Counted from the first letter of the stretch, positions 1 through 12,094 are shown. The stretch: DNA of 64,000 nt from an uncultured Chloroflexia bacterium (GCA_963769535.1 CAVYMC010000005.1:89084-153083); one strand, 5' to 3'. Notes: generated by a model not told the origin, from the letters alone. Numbers and translations are program-made.

Positions 1-1500
1 AGTGGCACACTCAAGGGAACGACCAGCGAGTTTATCTCGGTAGGAGCGAACGCGGCGGGGCTGCCAGCCGCGCCCGGCTATTATGGCTTTATCGCCCTGA
101 CAACGCAGAATAGTACGCAAACAGTCATGGTTGCGCTGACTGTGCAGCCGCCCCCGGCACCAAACGCGCCGGTGATGAGCGCAGCGCCGCTCAACCTCAA
201 TTTCAGTAACACCTATGGGCAACTGAATCCCAAGGGCCAGGTCGTGACTATCACCAATACCGGCGAAAGCCCGCTCTATTGGAGTACCACCGTTACTCTA
301 ATTGGACCTTCCTGGTTGTCTGCATCGCCTACCGGTAGTGGCACCGTGCCTGTGCAGCCGGGTCAGACCGAGCAGCTTGTTGTCAATATCAATACGTCGC
401 AACTGTCACCTGGCACCTATGCCGGGCAGATTGGCCTTACGGGCAGGGACAGCAGTGGGAAACCCGCCAGTGGTACCGGGCAAGTCGTCTCTATCAATCT
501 TGTGGTGCAGCCGGCCTGTACCCTGACGCAGCCCTCGTCCAGTTCTCTCGCCTTCAGCAGTGTGCAGGGGCCGTATAATCCTATCTCCCAGACGTTGCTG
601 ATTACCGGTACTGGCAACTGCGCCTGGCCCCTGGTCTGGACAGCCAGTGTACCGGCTAATGCTCCCTGGCTTGTCATCCTACCAACATCGAACAGCATTA
701 AAGCCAGTGGTCAATCATCCAGTTTCGCGGTCCAGCCGAATTCAGCAGGAAAATTGCTTGCTGCTGGTGTTTACACCACCAGTTTTACTATCTCTGCCAC
801 GGATAGCGCGGGCACCGTTGCTACCGGCAGTCCGCAGACCATCTCCGTGACACTAACCGTGTTACCTCCTTGCTCACTGGTTGTCCCTTCCGCCATGACC
901 TTCACCGCGGCTCAGGGTCACGCATCTCCAGCTCCGTCGAGCGTCCAGCTTAAAGAAAAGGGTACCTGTTCTCTTCCTGTAACCTGGATGGCAATCGGAG
1001 ATGGGGTTAGCAGCGCGTGGTTGTCCCTCTCTTCGCCACCTCAAGACACCACCGGAAACGGCAGCTCGTTGACCGTCACTGTAAATAGCGCGAGCCTGCT
1101 AGCAGGAACATACACGGGGACAATCACCGCCACCGCCACCGATGGCAATGGTAATGCTGTTGGCGCATCCCAGACTATCACCGTCACCTTGACGGTGGCT
1201 CCGACCTATTCTGTCAGTGGAACAGTCATAGCCTGCCAGCCGGGTCCCGCCCCGCTTTGCACAACCTCCGCTCCACTGCCGGGAGCAACATTAACAGTCT
1301 TGAATAGTGCCAATCAGCAAGTAGAAACCGTTACGGCGGACGCATCCGGCAATTATATCCTTCCTAACCTGTCTCCCGGCAGCTATACCGTCACCATCGC
1401 CGGAACCGATGCCAGTAGCATACATTATTCGACCACCAGCATCCCTCTTGTTGTGACTGCGACAGTGACTGGCGTGATGCTTGATGTGTATCCGGGGTAG
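1..1500 (+). CDS. secreted/surface protein with tandem Ig-like beta-sandwich repeats and a C-terminal carboxypeptidase-regulatory-like domain (5' end outside window)
   Basis: Frame 1 is open from nt 1 into ORF 127..1500. It has ~90-aa repeats with 'ITNTGESPLYW' / 'LITGTGNCAWPLVW' / 'KEKGTCSLPVTW'-type motifs. The C-terminus 'YSVSGTV...ASGNYILPNLSPGSYTVTI' is typical of CarboxypepD_reg-like folds. Confidence 0.6.
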   Translation, partial: SGTLKGTTSEFISVGANAAGLPAAPGYYGFIALTTQNSTQTVMVALTVQPPPAPNAPVMSAAPLNLNFSNTYGQLNPKGQVVTITNTGESPLYWSTTVTLIGPSWLSASPTGSGTVPVQPGQTEQLVVNINTSQLSPGTYAGQIGLTGRDSSGKPASGTGQVVSINLVVQPACTLTQPSSSSLAFSSVQGPYNPISQTLLITGTGNCAWPLVWTASVPANAPWLVILPTSNSIKASGQSSSFAVQPNSAGKLLAAGVYTTSFTISATDSAGTVATGSPQTISVTLTVLPPCSLVVPSAMTFTAAQGHASPAPSSVQLKEKGTCSLPVTWMAIGDGVSSAWLSLSSPPQDTTGNGSSLTVTVNSASLLAGTYTGTITATATDGNGNAVGASQTITVTLTVAPTYSVSGTVIACQPGPAPLCTTSAPLPGATLTVLNSANQQVETVTADASGNYILPNLSPGSYTVTIAGTDASSIHYSTTSIPLVVTATVTGVMLDVYPG

Positions 1501-1587
1501 CAGGAGTAAGTGATCAGATTCATCGCGCCTCATCTGATTGTGTTCAGTCTTTCTTAATAAAGGATGAGAAAAAAGTACCTTGTGTAC

Positions 1588-1616
1588 TTGACTTTTCCTG
1601 AAAGGAAGAGTATAAA
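1588..1616 (+). promoter_or_regulatory. candidate sigma-70-type promoter upstream of the Rhs gene
   Basis: TTGACT (1588-1593), 17-nt spacer, TATAAA (1611-1616). The ~250-nt leader contains an 11-bp inverted repeat catgacgctct/agagcgtcatg (1773-1783 / 1805-1815). Confidence 0.4.
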
Positions 1617-1866
1617 TCCACTATCGATGTAAGAAACAACCGGTATTTCAGGGAGTTCGAGAGATAAGGGGAAACTCTGGTACTCCTGTGTTGTTTCAAC
1701 CCGCCACTCTCTTCGCTTTTTTTGCCTGTTTCGTGCCTTACGTATCTCAGCTTACATTGTCATACAAAAAAACATGACGCTCTATCAAGCTTGGTCCCTT
1801 GCGAAGAGCGTCATGCGTGGACGTATCCACATGGCGCAGTATACCATGTGAATATCGTCCTGTGAA

Positions 1867-4800
1867 GTGAAAGGACGTATTTCCATGCGCCTCCAACCTC
1901 CCGGTTCGCCTCGTGTTCAGAGTAAGTGGTTCGGGCGAGGTACCACTCTTCCCACACGTCGTTTGCTCGTCACTTTTTTCTTTATCTTTTTGATCCTCTT
2001 CTCGGGATTAATTGCTTCATGGCCGATCATACACCGGTCAGAAGCTTTTGCCGCAAGCAATCCGAACGCGCCTATTAGTCCGCCCCCGTGGCTGCATCAG
2101 TCGCCTGCTGGCAAGCCGAATGATCTGGGTCATTATGGAAAAATATCCACTACTCCTATCACGCTTAACGCTCATATCTGGCCTATTACTATGCCACCCA
2201 TGACTATTTCACTTACCACGCAGGCGCAGCATGTCTTGAGCAAAGATGGTCAATTAGAAATCAATATCGCGGCTGGGAGTGTCAGCGCAGCCCAGTTAAG
2301 TAGCGCCAGGGGGACCATTCACCTTACTATCACCCAGGTTCTTCCAGGTTCTGGCGGAGCTTCGAGCAACAACATTCTATTTGGCTCCTTCCAAATTCTG
2401 CTTCAAGATGCCTCCGGCGCTTTACTCTCGAACCCTTTCCCTGGCCCATCCTTTGACAATAAGCTATCACCTGCGACCGGATCAAGCCACTCTGCTTTAC
2501 TGGGGGCAGAAAGTCTATGGAATGTGGCGCTCTGGAGATGCCTCTAAACTGTTGATTGGTGTCAAACCAGTCTCTACGCAGCCTATTCCCGCTGCCTCAC
2601 AGATGCTCGTCGGAAGTGGGGACAGCACGGGATTGGTCTGGGGCTTTTCCACCAATCTCTCTGCCAACCCTGCAGGAGCGTCAGCGGCGTCCAGCTCTGC
2701 TATAAGCGCCAGTACCATCACTTTTAATACCATAGCTCCCCAGGCACTCTGGGGTATGCCACAAGACTTTCAAGTAGGCTTGAATGCCGGAGATCTCGAA
2801 TATAATTATCCTTTGACTCTCCCCCCAGGCCCGGGCGGATTTGTGCCTCCCCTAAATCTTGCCTATTCCAGCGCCTCTGTAAGTGAGAACCACAACCTGC
2901 AGGCGGCTGCTCCCTGGGTTGGGGAAGGCTGGAATCTGGGACTAGGTTCGATCAGTTGGAGCCAGGAAAATGTGACTCCTGGCGGCACCAACCGTATCGA
3001 GAACGTGTGGCGCATCAGTGATCCCAGCGGCATTAGCGGGCAACTCATTCCACCCGATCTGACCTATTCAACGGTTCCTCCCTACAATCCGGCCATGAGT
3101 TCATTAGGAGCGACAACCATCTGGCATAGCGCGCCAGAAAGTCACGCCAGGATTCAGGAGATCAAGGATACTACTGGAACCTATCCGTGCTGGCGGGTAT
3201 ATCTGCCCAATGGCGTGATGGAAGAGTTCGGCTGTATCGACTCGGTCGGTTCTGACCAAAGCTATAAGGATAGCGCGGGCAACTGGCAGCGTTATCGCTG
3301 GGACCTGGACTTGATGGTCGATGCGCATGGCAACCAGATTCATTTTAACTATCAGCGTATCTGGGGGGCTGGCAAATTCTGGATTCAGGACGCCGTGCTT
3401 TCTGATGTCGAATATGGTGATCCTACCTGTCACCAGTTCAGCATCTGTGCCAGCGCCAACTGGCACCCATCGGTGAAAATCGTCTTTGATGCCAGCACCA
3501 TTGTGAGCAATCTCACCAATCCAACGGGCAGTGGGAATTGTAGCGGCTGGAATAGCGCCACTTCCCGTTGCGACGACCCGCTTGACTTTACCAGCATCGG
3601 CGGTTTACCAGCGCCGCATGTTATGAATAGTTACATACTCAATGATATGCAAGTGCAGGTGCAGGGCAATCTGCTGCATAAATATGTCTTCTCCTACGAG
3701 CAATCTCATTCGACCGGTAGCACGAATCCCTTAATCGACCCGCTCACCGGTGAGAAAGAAAGCGCCGCCGGCTTGTTGGACCTGGCAAAAATCCAGGAGT
3801 TCGGAACCGGAGGCAATTCACCTCCCTCACCCTATCCAACCGTCAACATCACCTACGACTGGAAGTTCCAGCATTATATCGATACCTACCTATCAGCCGC
3901 CGCCGCCGCCGGTTGCCCTTCGTGGGTTCCTCCCAGCGGTGGCGGCTGCGTCCTCTGGTCAGCAAGCTTCAATTCGCGTTATATCATCTCTTTAGATAAT
4001 GGGCGTGGGTGGAACGAAGCCATCACCTGGATCGAGGCGCGTAATAACACGCGAGGGGTGGATAGTGGTCCTGTCAATGATGCTTTTGTCTGCACAGGTC
4101 AATCCACCACGCACTGTATCGAGGCTGACGACCATGCCTGGAGCCGGGAGGTGGTCAAGCAGCGAGATGCGACGACCAACGGGGAAACGTCAACCTGGAC
4201 CTACCATGATTACCTCAAGGCTGGTCTGGCAACCAATTCTCCTGGATGGCCTGCCTGCACTACCTGCAATCAAGGCGCAACCTGGGGCAACCAGAATGAC
4301 AATGATTACGCCGACTTCTACAACGCCCAGTTTATGAGCTACTACCAGGTTCAGGTTGTTCAACCGGATACATCATTTCAAAACTACACCTTTGGCTCGA
4401 CCAACGGCTGGGGTATCGCCAGGAGCGATATGTTTTGCCCGTCAGGCTTTACCTGCCAAATTGCGCCCTACTGGAGTACTGAAACAGCATTAGCTGGTAA
4501 GGTCAAAGAGATAGATAGCTATGAACTGCATGGGACGAACCTTGTTCTGTTGAGCGTGCAGCTAACAAGTTATGGTGTGAACTGTCCTCCACCAGGGGTT
4601 GCGCATAGCCTTAATGGAGGCTCCCCGGATAACCCGGGCGATGTTTACCTTGTGAGCACACTGGATCGCAATAACCCGGTGGTTGTCTGTGATCCGCGCG
4701 CGAACCAGCAGGACACCTACCAGGTGGATGGCGTGACGGATAGCAGCCACTATACGAGCGATGGCAGAGTCGTTCACAGGCAAACCAACTACACCTATGA

Positions 4801-7800
4801 TGGAGATAATCAGGGTCCCAATCACATTTCAGGCTATGACTACGGCAATGTCAGCGATGTAGACGTTAGCGGGAATGACCTCGGCGGGTCGCATGTTATC
4901 ACGCACCAGACATACTATCCCAATGACAATGTCACTTCCAGTAGTTTCATCTACCTGACGAACCTGGCCGCCATCAACCAGTTGAAAGACAACACCGGCA
5001 AAATCTGGTCCTGCGACCAGTACACTTATAAAAACAACACCAATCCAACCACGCCGCCCACGCTTCCCGATCTCATCCAGAGCCAGTCCTTCTTGAGCGT
5101 CGGGCAGCTGCAGCGGAAGCAGCACGAGTGTCCAGCATACCTACGATGCAACCGGCCAGGTGATCACGTCTATCGATGGAGATACCCACCTGGGCTGTAC
5201 CAGTGGCAGCACTCAATACAGCGCCTGCGCTGTCTATGACGGCGCGGACACGCACCTGGTGACAGCCAGCAATGCGCTCAGCCAGCAGACCGCCTACGCC
5301 TACGACAGCAGCTCTTCAGGCGGCTTTGGGCAGTGGCTGACCTCTACCACCGATGTCAACGGGCAGACTACCAGCTACCAGTATGATGTAATGGGCCGCC
5401 TCACCGCCGTCATTCGCCCAGGAGACAGCAGCAGCAGCCCGACCATCACCTATAGCTATAGCAATAGCTGTAGCAAAGGAAGTACGACGCCCTGTCTCGA
5501 GTTGGATACAGCCACGCGCTTTACCGCAGGTGGCTCAACCTCGACGGTCAAACAGTGGTACGATGGATGGGGACACCTGATCGAGACGCAGACCCCCAGT
5601 CCGGTGAGCGGACAGACCATCATCTCGTATATCGTCTACTATAACGATACAACCAATGGCGTCGAGGTCGTCAAGAGTCTGCCCTATGCCATTGCAACCC
5701 CATCTGGCTATGTCGCGCCCGACCTGACGAAAGCCCGCTCATTGACGAAATCTGATGGCCTGGGTCGCGCAGAGGGGAGCGTCACATATAGCGATGCCAC
5801 CACCATTGTACTCAGCGCCAGTCTCAGCTACGTAGTGGCGCAGGGCGTGACGGGCCTCAGCAGTGAGAACAACAATGCGTATGAGCAAACCACCGCGCTG
5901 GATGCCTACAATCACCACTCCATCAGCTACAGCGATGCATTCGGCAGGACGCGCTTCGACCAACTCTTTAGTGGGACAACCAGCCCCTACAGCGTTGTGC
6001 GTACAGTCGAGTACAACTATGACGTACCTGGTAATACCATACAGACGCAGACCTTTGACAGCAGCGCCGCCTTGCAGGCCAGTTATAACGCTACCTACGA
6101 CGCGCTGGGGCAGCGCGCGGGCTTCAACGACTCCGACCTGGGATCGTGCAGCGCCACGCCGCTGCCGCCCGGTTGCGCCAACAGCAGCGACACCGCCTGG
6201 CATTTCACCTACGATGCCGATGGCAACCTGCTCCAGCAGACCGACCCGCGCAACCAGAATACCTACACGAGCTACGACAAGCTGGATCGTCCCCTGTGCC
6301 GCAGTACGCAGAACAATCCGTGCAGCACCAGTCCTTACTCGGTCTACTTTTACGACAGTTACAACAACGGGAGCAATGCCGGACAGACCTTTCCGTCGGG
6401 ATGTGTTGCACCCGGTGGCTCCCTTGCTTCTGATCCAATAGGGGGACAGGTAGCGGAAACATTTAGCAATGCAGCAGGAAGCGGCTGGCGCTGTTATGGC
6501 TATGATACGCGCGGCAAGCTTGATCAAGATACACTATCCGTCACTGCGGCTAGCCCGGTGAATCAGACCGTGACTCAGACGGTCACGCTCAAGTATAACG
6601 ACGGTGGTGAAGTCTCCGCAATGACCTACCCTGATGGAGATGTCGTCACAGCCAGCTATAACGCCGATGGTTACTTCCAGGGGACGAGCGACGCCAATGG
6701 CGCGATCATGAGCGATGTGCACTATACCAATGCTGGCCTGATCTCCAGTTTCACGATCGGAGGGTTGACCTATCAAGGATCAGCAACAACGCCGCTCACG
6801 ATTAATGTGGGATACGACGGTATCCAACGTTCACTTTCAGTGAATGCTGTCGTGAGCGGGAAAACACTGCTGAGCCAGATGCGCACCTACGACAACGTAG
6901 GGAATGTGGAAAATCTCAACACGACGCTGCCCACCACTAGCGGCGGAACAAAAACCGACAACCAGACCTTCTGCTACGACGCCTTGAATCGACTGGTCTG
7001 GGCGGGTAACACCGGCACGCCGATTGGCGGCGACCACTGCGGCGCTGCCCCAGGTGGCACGACCACGCCCACCTATCAACAGTCCTTCAGTTATGATGCG
7101 TTAGATCGCCTGTCCAATGGGCCATCGGGGACCGAGACTTATACCGATCCGGCGCATGTCCATGCAGCGACCGGGTTGGGTTCAGTCCCCAACCAGTACG
7201 CGGCTTACGACGCGATGGGCAACATGACCTGCCGCAACGTCGATATCACGAGCGGACATACTTGCTCCGGCAGTACGCCCACCGGCGCGAGCATGAGCTA
7301 CGATAACGAGAGCCGCCTCGCCTCCTGGACGGCGCCCGGCGGCACAACCGCCACCGATGCCTTCCTCTACGACAACGAAGGCCATCGCGTCTTGCAGCTC
7401 GCAAGCCGTACCACTGGTGGGAATACGACCACGAGCGCCATCATCACCTTTGATGGCGTTACCGAGACCACCATTACCAACGGAACGACCTCCACGATCA
7501 AGTACTACACCCTGGCCGGACAACCGTTCGCGATGGCGACGGGAAGCGCGTGGTATTCCCTGGTGCCTGATCTGCTGGGCAATATGAGTGTCGCGGTGAG
7601 TGGAAGTGGCGCCGTGCAAGCTGTTGAGTTCTATGCCCCCTATGGAGGGGCGCGCTACGGCGATGGGACCCTGCCGACTTCCTACAATTATACGAGTCAG
7701 CGGCTGGATAGTCAGACCGGGCTGCTCTACTACCAGGCGCGCTATTATGATGCCGCGAGTGGCGCTTTCCTTTCTCCTGACGTGGCACGGGGGAACTCAG

Positions 7801-8000
7801 AGGGCATGAATCCCTATGGGTATGTGGATGACAACCCGGAAACCTACGTCGACTCCAGTGGTCAAGAAGGCGGTCCTACCATATGGGACATTCTCACTAT
7901 CATCATAAGCGCTCCGGGGCTTGGGACAGCGCTCTTCCCAGTTATTTTGGCCCTGGACGAGTTATCACGAACGATCCAGGCTTTTCGCAAGATACAGTAA
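1867..8000 (+). CDS. RHS/YD-repeat polymorphic toxin with SpvB-like and TcdB-middle-like N-terminal region (fused TcB/TcC-type); reading frame broken by two 1-nt frameshifts as sequenced
   Basis: ORFs 1867..2547, 2381..5239 and 5160..8000 read as one protein. It has an N-terminal TM/signal 'LLVTFFFIFLILFSGLIA', an SpvB-type motif 'GDLEYNYPLTLPPGPGGFVPPLNLAYSS', and many YD repeats ('YDADGNLLQQTDPRNQNTYTSYDKLDRP'). The RHS core ends 'YYQARYYDAASGAFLSPD...NPYGYVDDNPETYVDSSGQ'. The frames join at C-run ~2433-2436 and at ~5094-5097, and frame 3 already reads 'TYDATGQVITSIDGD' upstream of 5160. Confidence 0.85.
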
Positions 8001-8026
8001 TTTCCAGCCCTGCGCCAGAGACCAAC

Positions 8027-8550
8027 ATGAATGGTGATCAGGTGCTGGTGAAGGACAAAATACAAGAAATAAAAGATAGAGGTGGTGACAACGGTGATAA
8101 CGAGAATGGGAAAGGTAATGGCGGTGATGGTAAGGGTGTCAAGGGTGGCAAGAGAGATACTGGATTTCGTAGCAAGACAAATCCGAAGAAAAACATAATT
8201 AGGGGGAAAAGCGGTACTAGTGGTTATGGATATCAAATACCGTCTAGTCAGTTGAGTGGGAGAAGCAGTGGTTTGCCCGGTTGGCAGATGACAATGGGGT
8301 ATCAGTTTCACCGGCATCTAGCCAACCCTGGTTGTTGCCAAAGATAAATCCTGGCCCTACAACGTCTCAAGAGCCGTCTGCATGGGATCAGTTTACAGGA
8401 TGGCTCGGAACCCAATATAATTACGTCACAAATTTCTTTGGTCAAAGCCCGTTGCCTGGTTTTGCACCCGTACTATCACCATTTGTACTACCACCGGTAG
8501 ATGTAGAGGAAATTCAGGCACTCTTAGCCAACCTGGCCGAATTCGCTTAA
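8027..8550 (+). CDS. low-GC, Gly/Asn/Ser-rich ORF(s) downstream of the Rhs core; either a continuation of the Rhs C-terminal tip or a separate small protein/immunity gene (frame changes near ~8290)
   Basis: ORFs 7883..8347 and 8281..8550 overlap in different frames, and both are open directly after the Rhs stop. The DNA is markedly AT-richer than the Rhs body, and a hairpin follows at 8561-8589. I recognise no family. Confidence 0.25.
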
Positions 8551-8560
8551 TAGATACAAG

Positions 8561-8589
8561 AAGAGAGAGGATTACTTTTCCTCTCTCTT
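8561..8589 (+). terminator. hairpin terminator after the Rhs locus
   Basis: aagagagagg / cctctctctt 10-bp stem with a 9-nt loop, immediately after the last ORF stop (8550). Confidence 0.5.
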
Positions 8590-8700
8590 CTACACGTTAC
8601 TTGAGAAAGCAAGTCATTGATGATTTGCTCAATAAAGTGGATTCTGCGGGATCGTGTTATACTATCAACCAGATTTTTCTGCGACAGGAGAATGAAATAT

Positions 8701-9873
8701 ATGGCAGAAACCCCTCAGCAGAGGAACAACGACGAAGTGAATTCTCAGCAGACTAAAGAAGAATGGCTTCGGCAAGGCGATGATCTCGCTGCCCAAAAGC
8801 GATTCCAGGAGGCGTTACAAGCATATGAGCAGGCTATTCGTCTTGATGCGCAGGACTGGTTGCCTATGAAGGCTAAAGGCGTTGCTTTGGGAGAGCTTGG
8901 ACAAAATGAAGAGGCATTGGCTGCTTTTGAGCAGGCTATTCGTCTCGATCCTACTCATGCTGTGACCTACTATGATAAAGGCCTCGCTTTGTCAAATCTT
9001 GAACAACATGAAGAGTCAATTGTTGCCTATAACCAGGCCTTGCGTCTGGACCCTAGTTATGTTGATGCCTTTAACAACAAAGGCAATAGCCTGGTTGATC
9101 TTAGGCGACATGAAGAGGCACTTATTGCCTATGAGCAAGCTCTGCGCCTGGATCACCATAATGTCGTAGCTTATAACAACAAAGGCTTAGCCTTGGATAA
9201 TCTGGAGCGCCATGAAGAAGCACTCATTGCCTATGAGCAAGCACTTAATGTAGACTCCAACTATGCTCAGGCATACTTCAACAAAGGAAATAGTCTGGCT
9301 GATCTTGAACGGTACGAAGAAGCACTTATAGCTTATGAGCAAGCACTCCAACTGGACCCCAACAATGCTCAAACTTTCTACAACAAAGGATATGTCCTGG
9401 ATGACCTGGGGCGGTTCAAGGACGCAATTACCGCCTATGACCAGGCACTCCGCTTGAAGCCCAACGACGTTCGGAGCATTTTCAATAAAGGTTTGACGCT
9501 AGACAAATTAGAGCGGTTCGAGGATGCGATTACCGCCTATAATCAGGCGCTTCTCCTGGACCCAAATGATGCCCAGGCATATTACAGCAAAGGGAACGCT
9601 CTGGCCGATCTGGGGCGTTCTGAAGAAGCTCTGGCTGCGTATGACCAGGCGCTTTATTTGGATCCCAATTACGCTTTTGCCGTTTTCAACAAAGGAAACA
9701 GTTTAACCAGCCTGGGGCGATACGAGGAAGCAATCGCAGCCTTTGAGCAGGCATTCCGTCTCGATCCCAGCGATGCCAAAGCTCCTATCAACAAAGGAAT
9801 GGCACTGGCTCATCTAAAACGGTACGAGGAAGCAGTTGCCGCTTATGATGAAGCTCTGCAGCTGGAACCCTGA
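8701..9873 (+). CDS. tetratricopeptide (TPR) repeat protein
   Basis: About 10 consecutive 34-aa repeats of the type 'EEALIAYEQALRLDPNNAQAYYNKGNSLADLGR'. ATG 8701 is preceded by AGGAGA. An extended -10 'TGtTATACT' lies at 8655-8663. Confidence 0.9.
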   Translation: MAETPQQRNNDEVNSQQTKEEWLRQGDDLAAQKRFQEALQAYEQAIRLDAQDWLPMKAKGVALGELGQNEEALAAFEQAIRLDPTHAVTYYDKGLALSNLEQHEESIVAYNQALRLDPSYVDAFNNKGNSLVDLRRHEEALIAYEQALRLDHHNVVAYNNKGLALDNLERHEEALIAYEQALNVDSNYAQAYFNKGNSLADLERYEEALIAYEQALQLDPNNAQTFYNKGYVLDDLGRFKDAITAYDQALRLKPNDVRSIFNKGLTLDKLERFEDAITAYNQALLLDPNDAQAYYSKGNALADLGRSEEALAAYDQALYLDPNYAFAVFNKGNSLTSLGRYEEAIAAFEQAFRLDPSDAKAPINKGMALAHLKRYEEAVAAYDEALQLEP

Positions 9874-10011
9874 TGATACTCAGGCTTATGAGATGAAGGG
9901 AGAAGCCCTTCTGGCTCTCTACCCGTATATCCCACCCAGGCGAACGGCAAATAATGAATGATGAAGCAGGCTTGCAGCGAGCTAAACAGCATTAGCCGCT
10001 GCAAGGTTTTA

Positions 10012-11270
10012 TCACGCCTTATACGCCACATAATACCCCTTGAGCGAACGGGGGATGCGCCCGACCAGCAAGGTGCCATCGGGCATATGTTCCTCCTGTT
10101 CGACATGGCCCCGGCGGTGAAAGAGTTCGACCAGTTCGCTTTTGTCGAAGGGGATCAGAACGCGCGCAGCTTCCATGCTGGCGGCCAGCACCTCGGCGAT
10201 TTTCTCGCGTAGCGCGTCCAGGCCCACTTTTTGTAGCGCGGAGACCGGGACAGCGTTGGGATAGAGGGTGGTATCAAGCTCGGATGCGTCTTTCGAGCAG
10301 GTCGATTTTGTTGAGGGCGGTCACACGTGGCTTATCGCGCGCTTCGAGTTCGCCCAGCACATCGCTGACCGTTTCGCTCTGTTCGATGGCGTTTTCGTGG
10401 CTCACATCGACCACTTCCAGCAACATATCGGCATCGATGACTTCTTCGAGCGTAGCGCGGAAGGATGCGACCAGCTTTGTGGGCAGCTTCTGGATGAAGC
10501 CGACGGTATCGGTGAGCAGCGCCTCCTGGTTATTGGGTAACAGCACATGGCGCGTAGTGGGATCGAGCGTGGCGAACAGTTTGTTTTCCGCCACCACCTC
10601 GGCCTCGGTCAGCGCGTTGAAAAGGGTGGACTTGCCGGCATTGGTATAGCCTACCACCGCCACAACCGGCATGGACTGCGCGGTGCGCTGCATCCGGTGG
10701 GTTTTACGCTGCTCGCGCACCGCTTCGATCTCTTCGCGCAATTCAGAGATGCGGCTGCGAATGCGGCGGCGGTCGATTTCGAGTTTTGTTTCACCGGGGC
10801 CGCGCACGCCAATAGCGCCGCCCGCGCCAGCCTGCGCCCGCGCTACGCGAACCGCCAGCCTGCCGCGAAAGATCCACGCCGCGACCTGCCAGGCGAGGCA
10901 GACGGTATTCGAGTTGCGCCAGTTCAACCTGTAAACGGCCTTCGCGTGTGCGAGCGTGTTGCGCGAAAATGTTGAGAATGAGCGCGGTGCGATCCAGCAC
11001 GCGCGCATTGAGCAACTTTTCCAGGTTGCGCTGTTGCGAAGGGGAAAGCTCATCGTCAAAGATCACCAGGTCAAGGTGCAAATGCTTTTCTGTGTCGCAT
11101 AGCTCCTGGGCGCGGCCCTTTCCAATGTAAGTGGCTACGTTGGGGTGGCGCAACCGTTGAATCATGCTGCCCACCACTTCTGCCCCGGCAGTGCGAGCCA
11201 GCGTTCCCAGTTCGCTTAGCGAATCCTCCACACTCCATAAACTATCACTCTCTTCGTGATCTACCGCCAC
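10012..11270 (-). CDS. hflX: GTPase HflX (frame broken twice as sequenced)
   Basis: N-terminal HflX domain '[58 protein letters not shown]', '[17 protein letters not shown]', G1 '[14 protein letters not shown]', 'NKID', and C-terminal '[16 protein letters not shown]'. The protein is split over ORFs 10791..11270, 10274..11059 and 10012..10227. Confidence 0.9.
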
Positions 11271-11398
11271 CAGAAAGGCTTGTTCGTACCTGCGCGAGCC
11301 GCTTTCAATACGTTGTTTTGGCGTAGTCTTCCTCCGCTCGTATTTTCGATGGGCGTGTTACATGACACCCCTTACCTATTGTACCATCTACCGTCCGC

Positions 11399-11962
11399 TT
11401 ACAATCCGCTCGTTTTCAGGGCAGGCAACTTTGAGAGGATAAAACTGTTGACGTGAGCGAACAGGCTGTTGGTCAACGCCTGGTTATAGGTGTCATGCCA
11501 GTTCGTGTATTGGGCTAAGGTAATATTAAAGCCTGGAATGATATTCGAACCGGCGGTAATTGCGTGCTGCGCATTGTTCAGAAATCCACCAATGACCAGC
11601 AGGATGATCACCCACAACAGCCACGCTTCGATAAACCCGACCACACCGCCGATGAGTACATCGCCAACACCAAGCAACGGCACGGCTCGAATGACGCCGC
11701 GCAGCATCGTACCGATAATGTGGATGATAAGCACCGCGGCGAAAAACAGCACGATATACGCCAACAGGGGAGAAATGGTGAGGCGATTCGAGGCCAGGAA
11801 GAGTGTGAAGGGCTTGCCCAGGAAGATGGCTACCCCCAGCGCGATAGGGATACTGAGCAAGTTGACTATACTAAAAATCGCGCCATTGCGAATACCGTTA
11901 AAGACAAGCAGCACGATAGTGATAAGAAAAAGCAGGTCAATCCAGTTAAAGGGTCCGATCAT
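11399..11962 (-). CDS. CvpA-family (colicin V production-like) integral membrane protein
   Basis: 'MIGPFNWIDLLFLITIVLLVFNGIRNG' start and 4 hydrophobic helices typical of CvpA. Confidence 0.7.
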   Translation of the reverse strand: MIGPFNWIDLLFLITIVLLVFNGIRNGAIFSIVNLLSIPIALGVAIFLGKPFTLFLASNRLTISPLLAYIVLFFAAVLIIHIIGTMLRGVIRAVPLLGVGDVLIGGVVGFIEAWLLWVIILLVIGGFLNNAQHAITAGSNIIPGFNITLAQYTNWHDTYNQALTNSLFAHVNSFILSKLPALKTSGL

Positions 11963-12094
11963 CTTTGATGTCCTCCGGTCACGTCATAATATATTTTTAG
12001 CAGATGCGCAATTATACCCTACTATATCTCATATGCATAGACGTTGCGGCAAGCTTTCTTGTAACAAAACAGAGCAGAATGCGAATGGCGCTGC

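Noticed and set aside
1867-8000. Programmed ribosomal frameshifting, or a deliberately split Rhs gene.
   Set aside because: The same kind of 1-nt break occurs in hflX, prmA, rsmE, sbcD and others, often in homopolymers. Sequencing indels are the simplest explanation.
8972-9706. Short alternative-frame ORFs inside the TPR gene (8972..9169, 9187..9372, 9524..9706).
   Set aside because: They arise from the periodic 102-nt TPR repeat structure. The main frame has clear 34-aa TPR periodicity.
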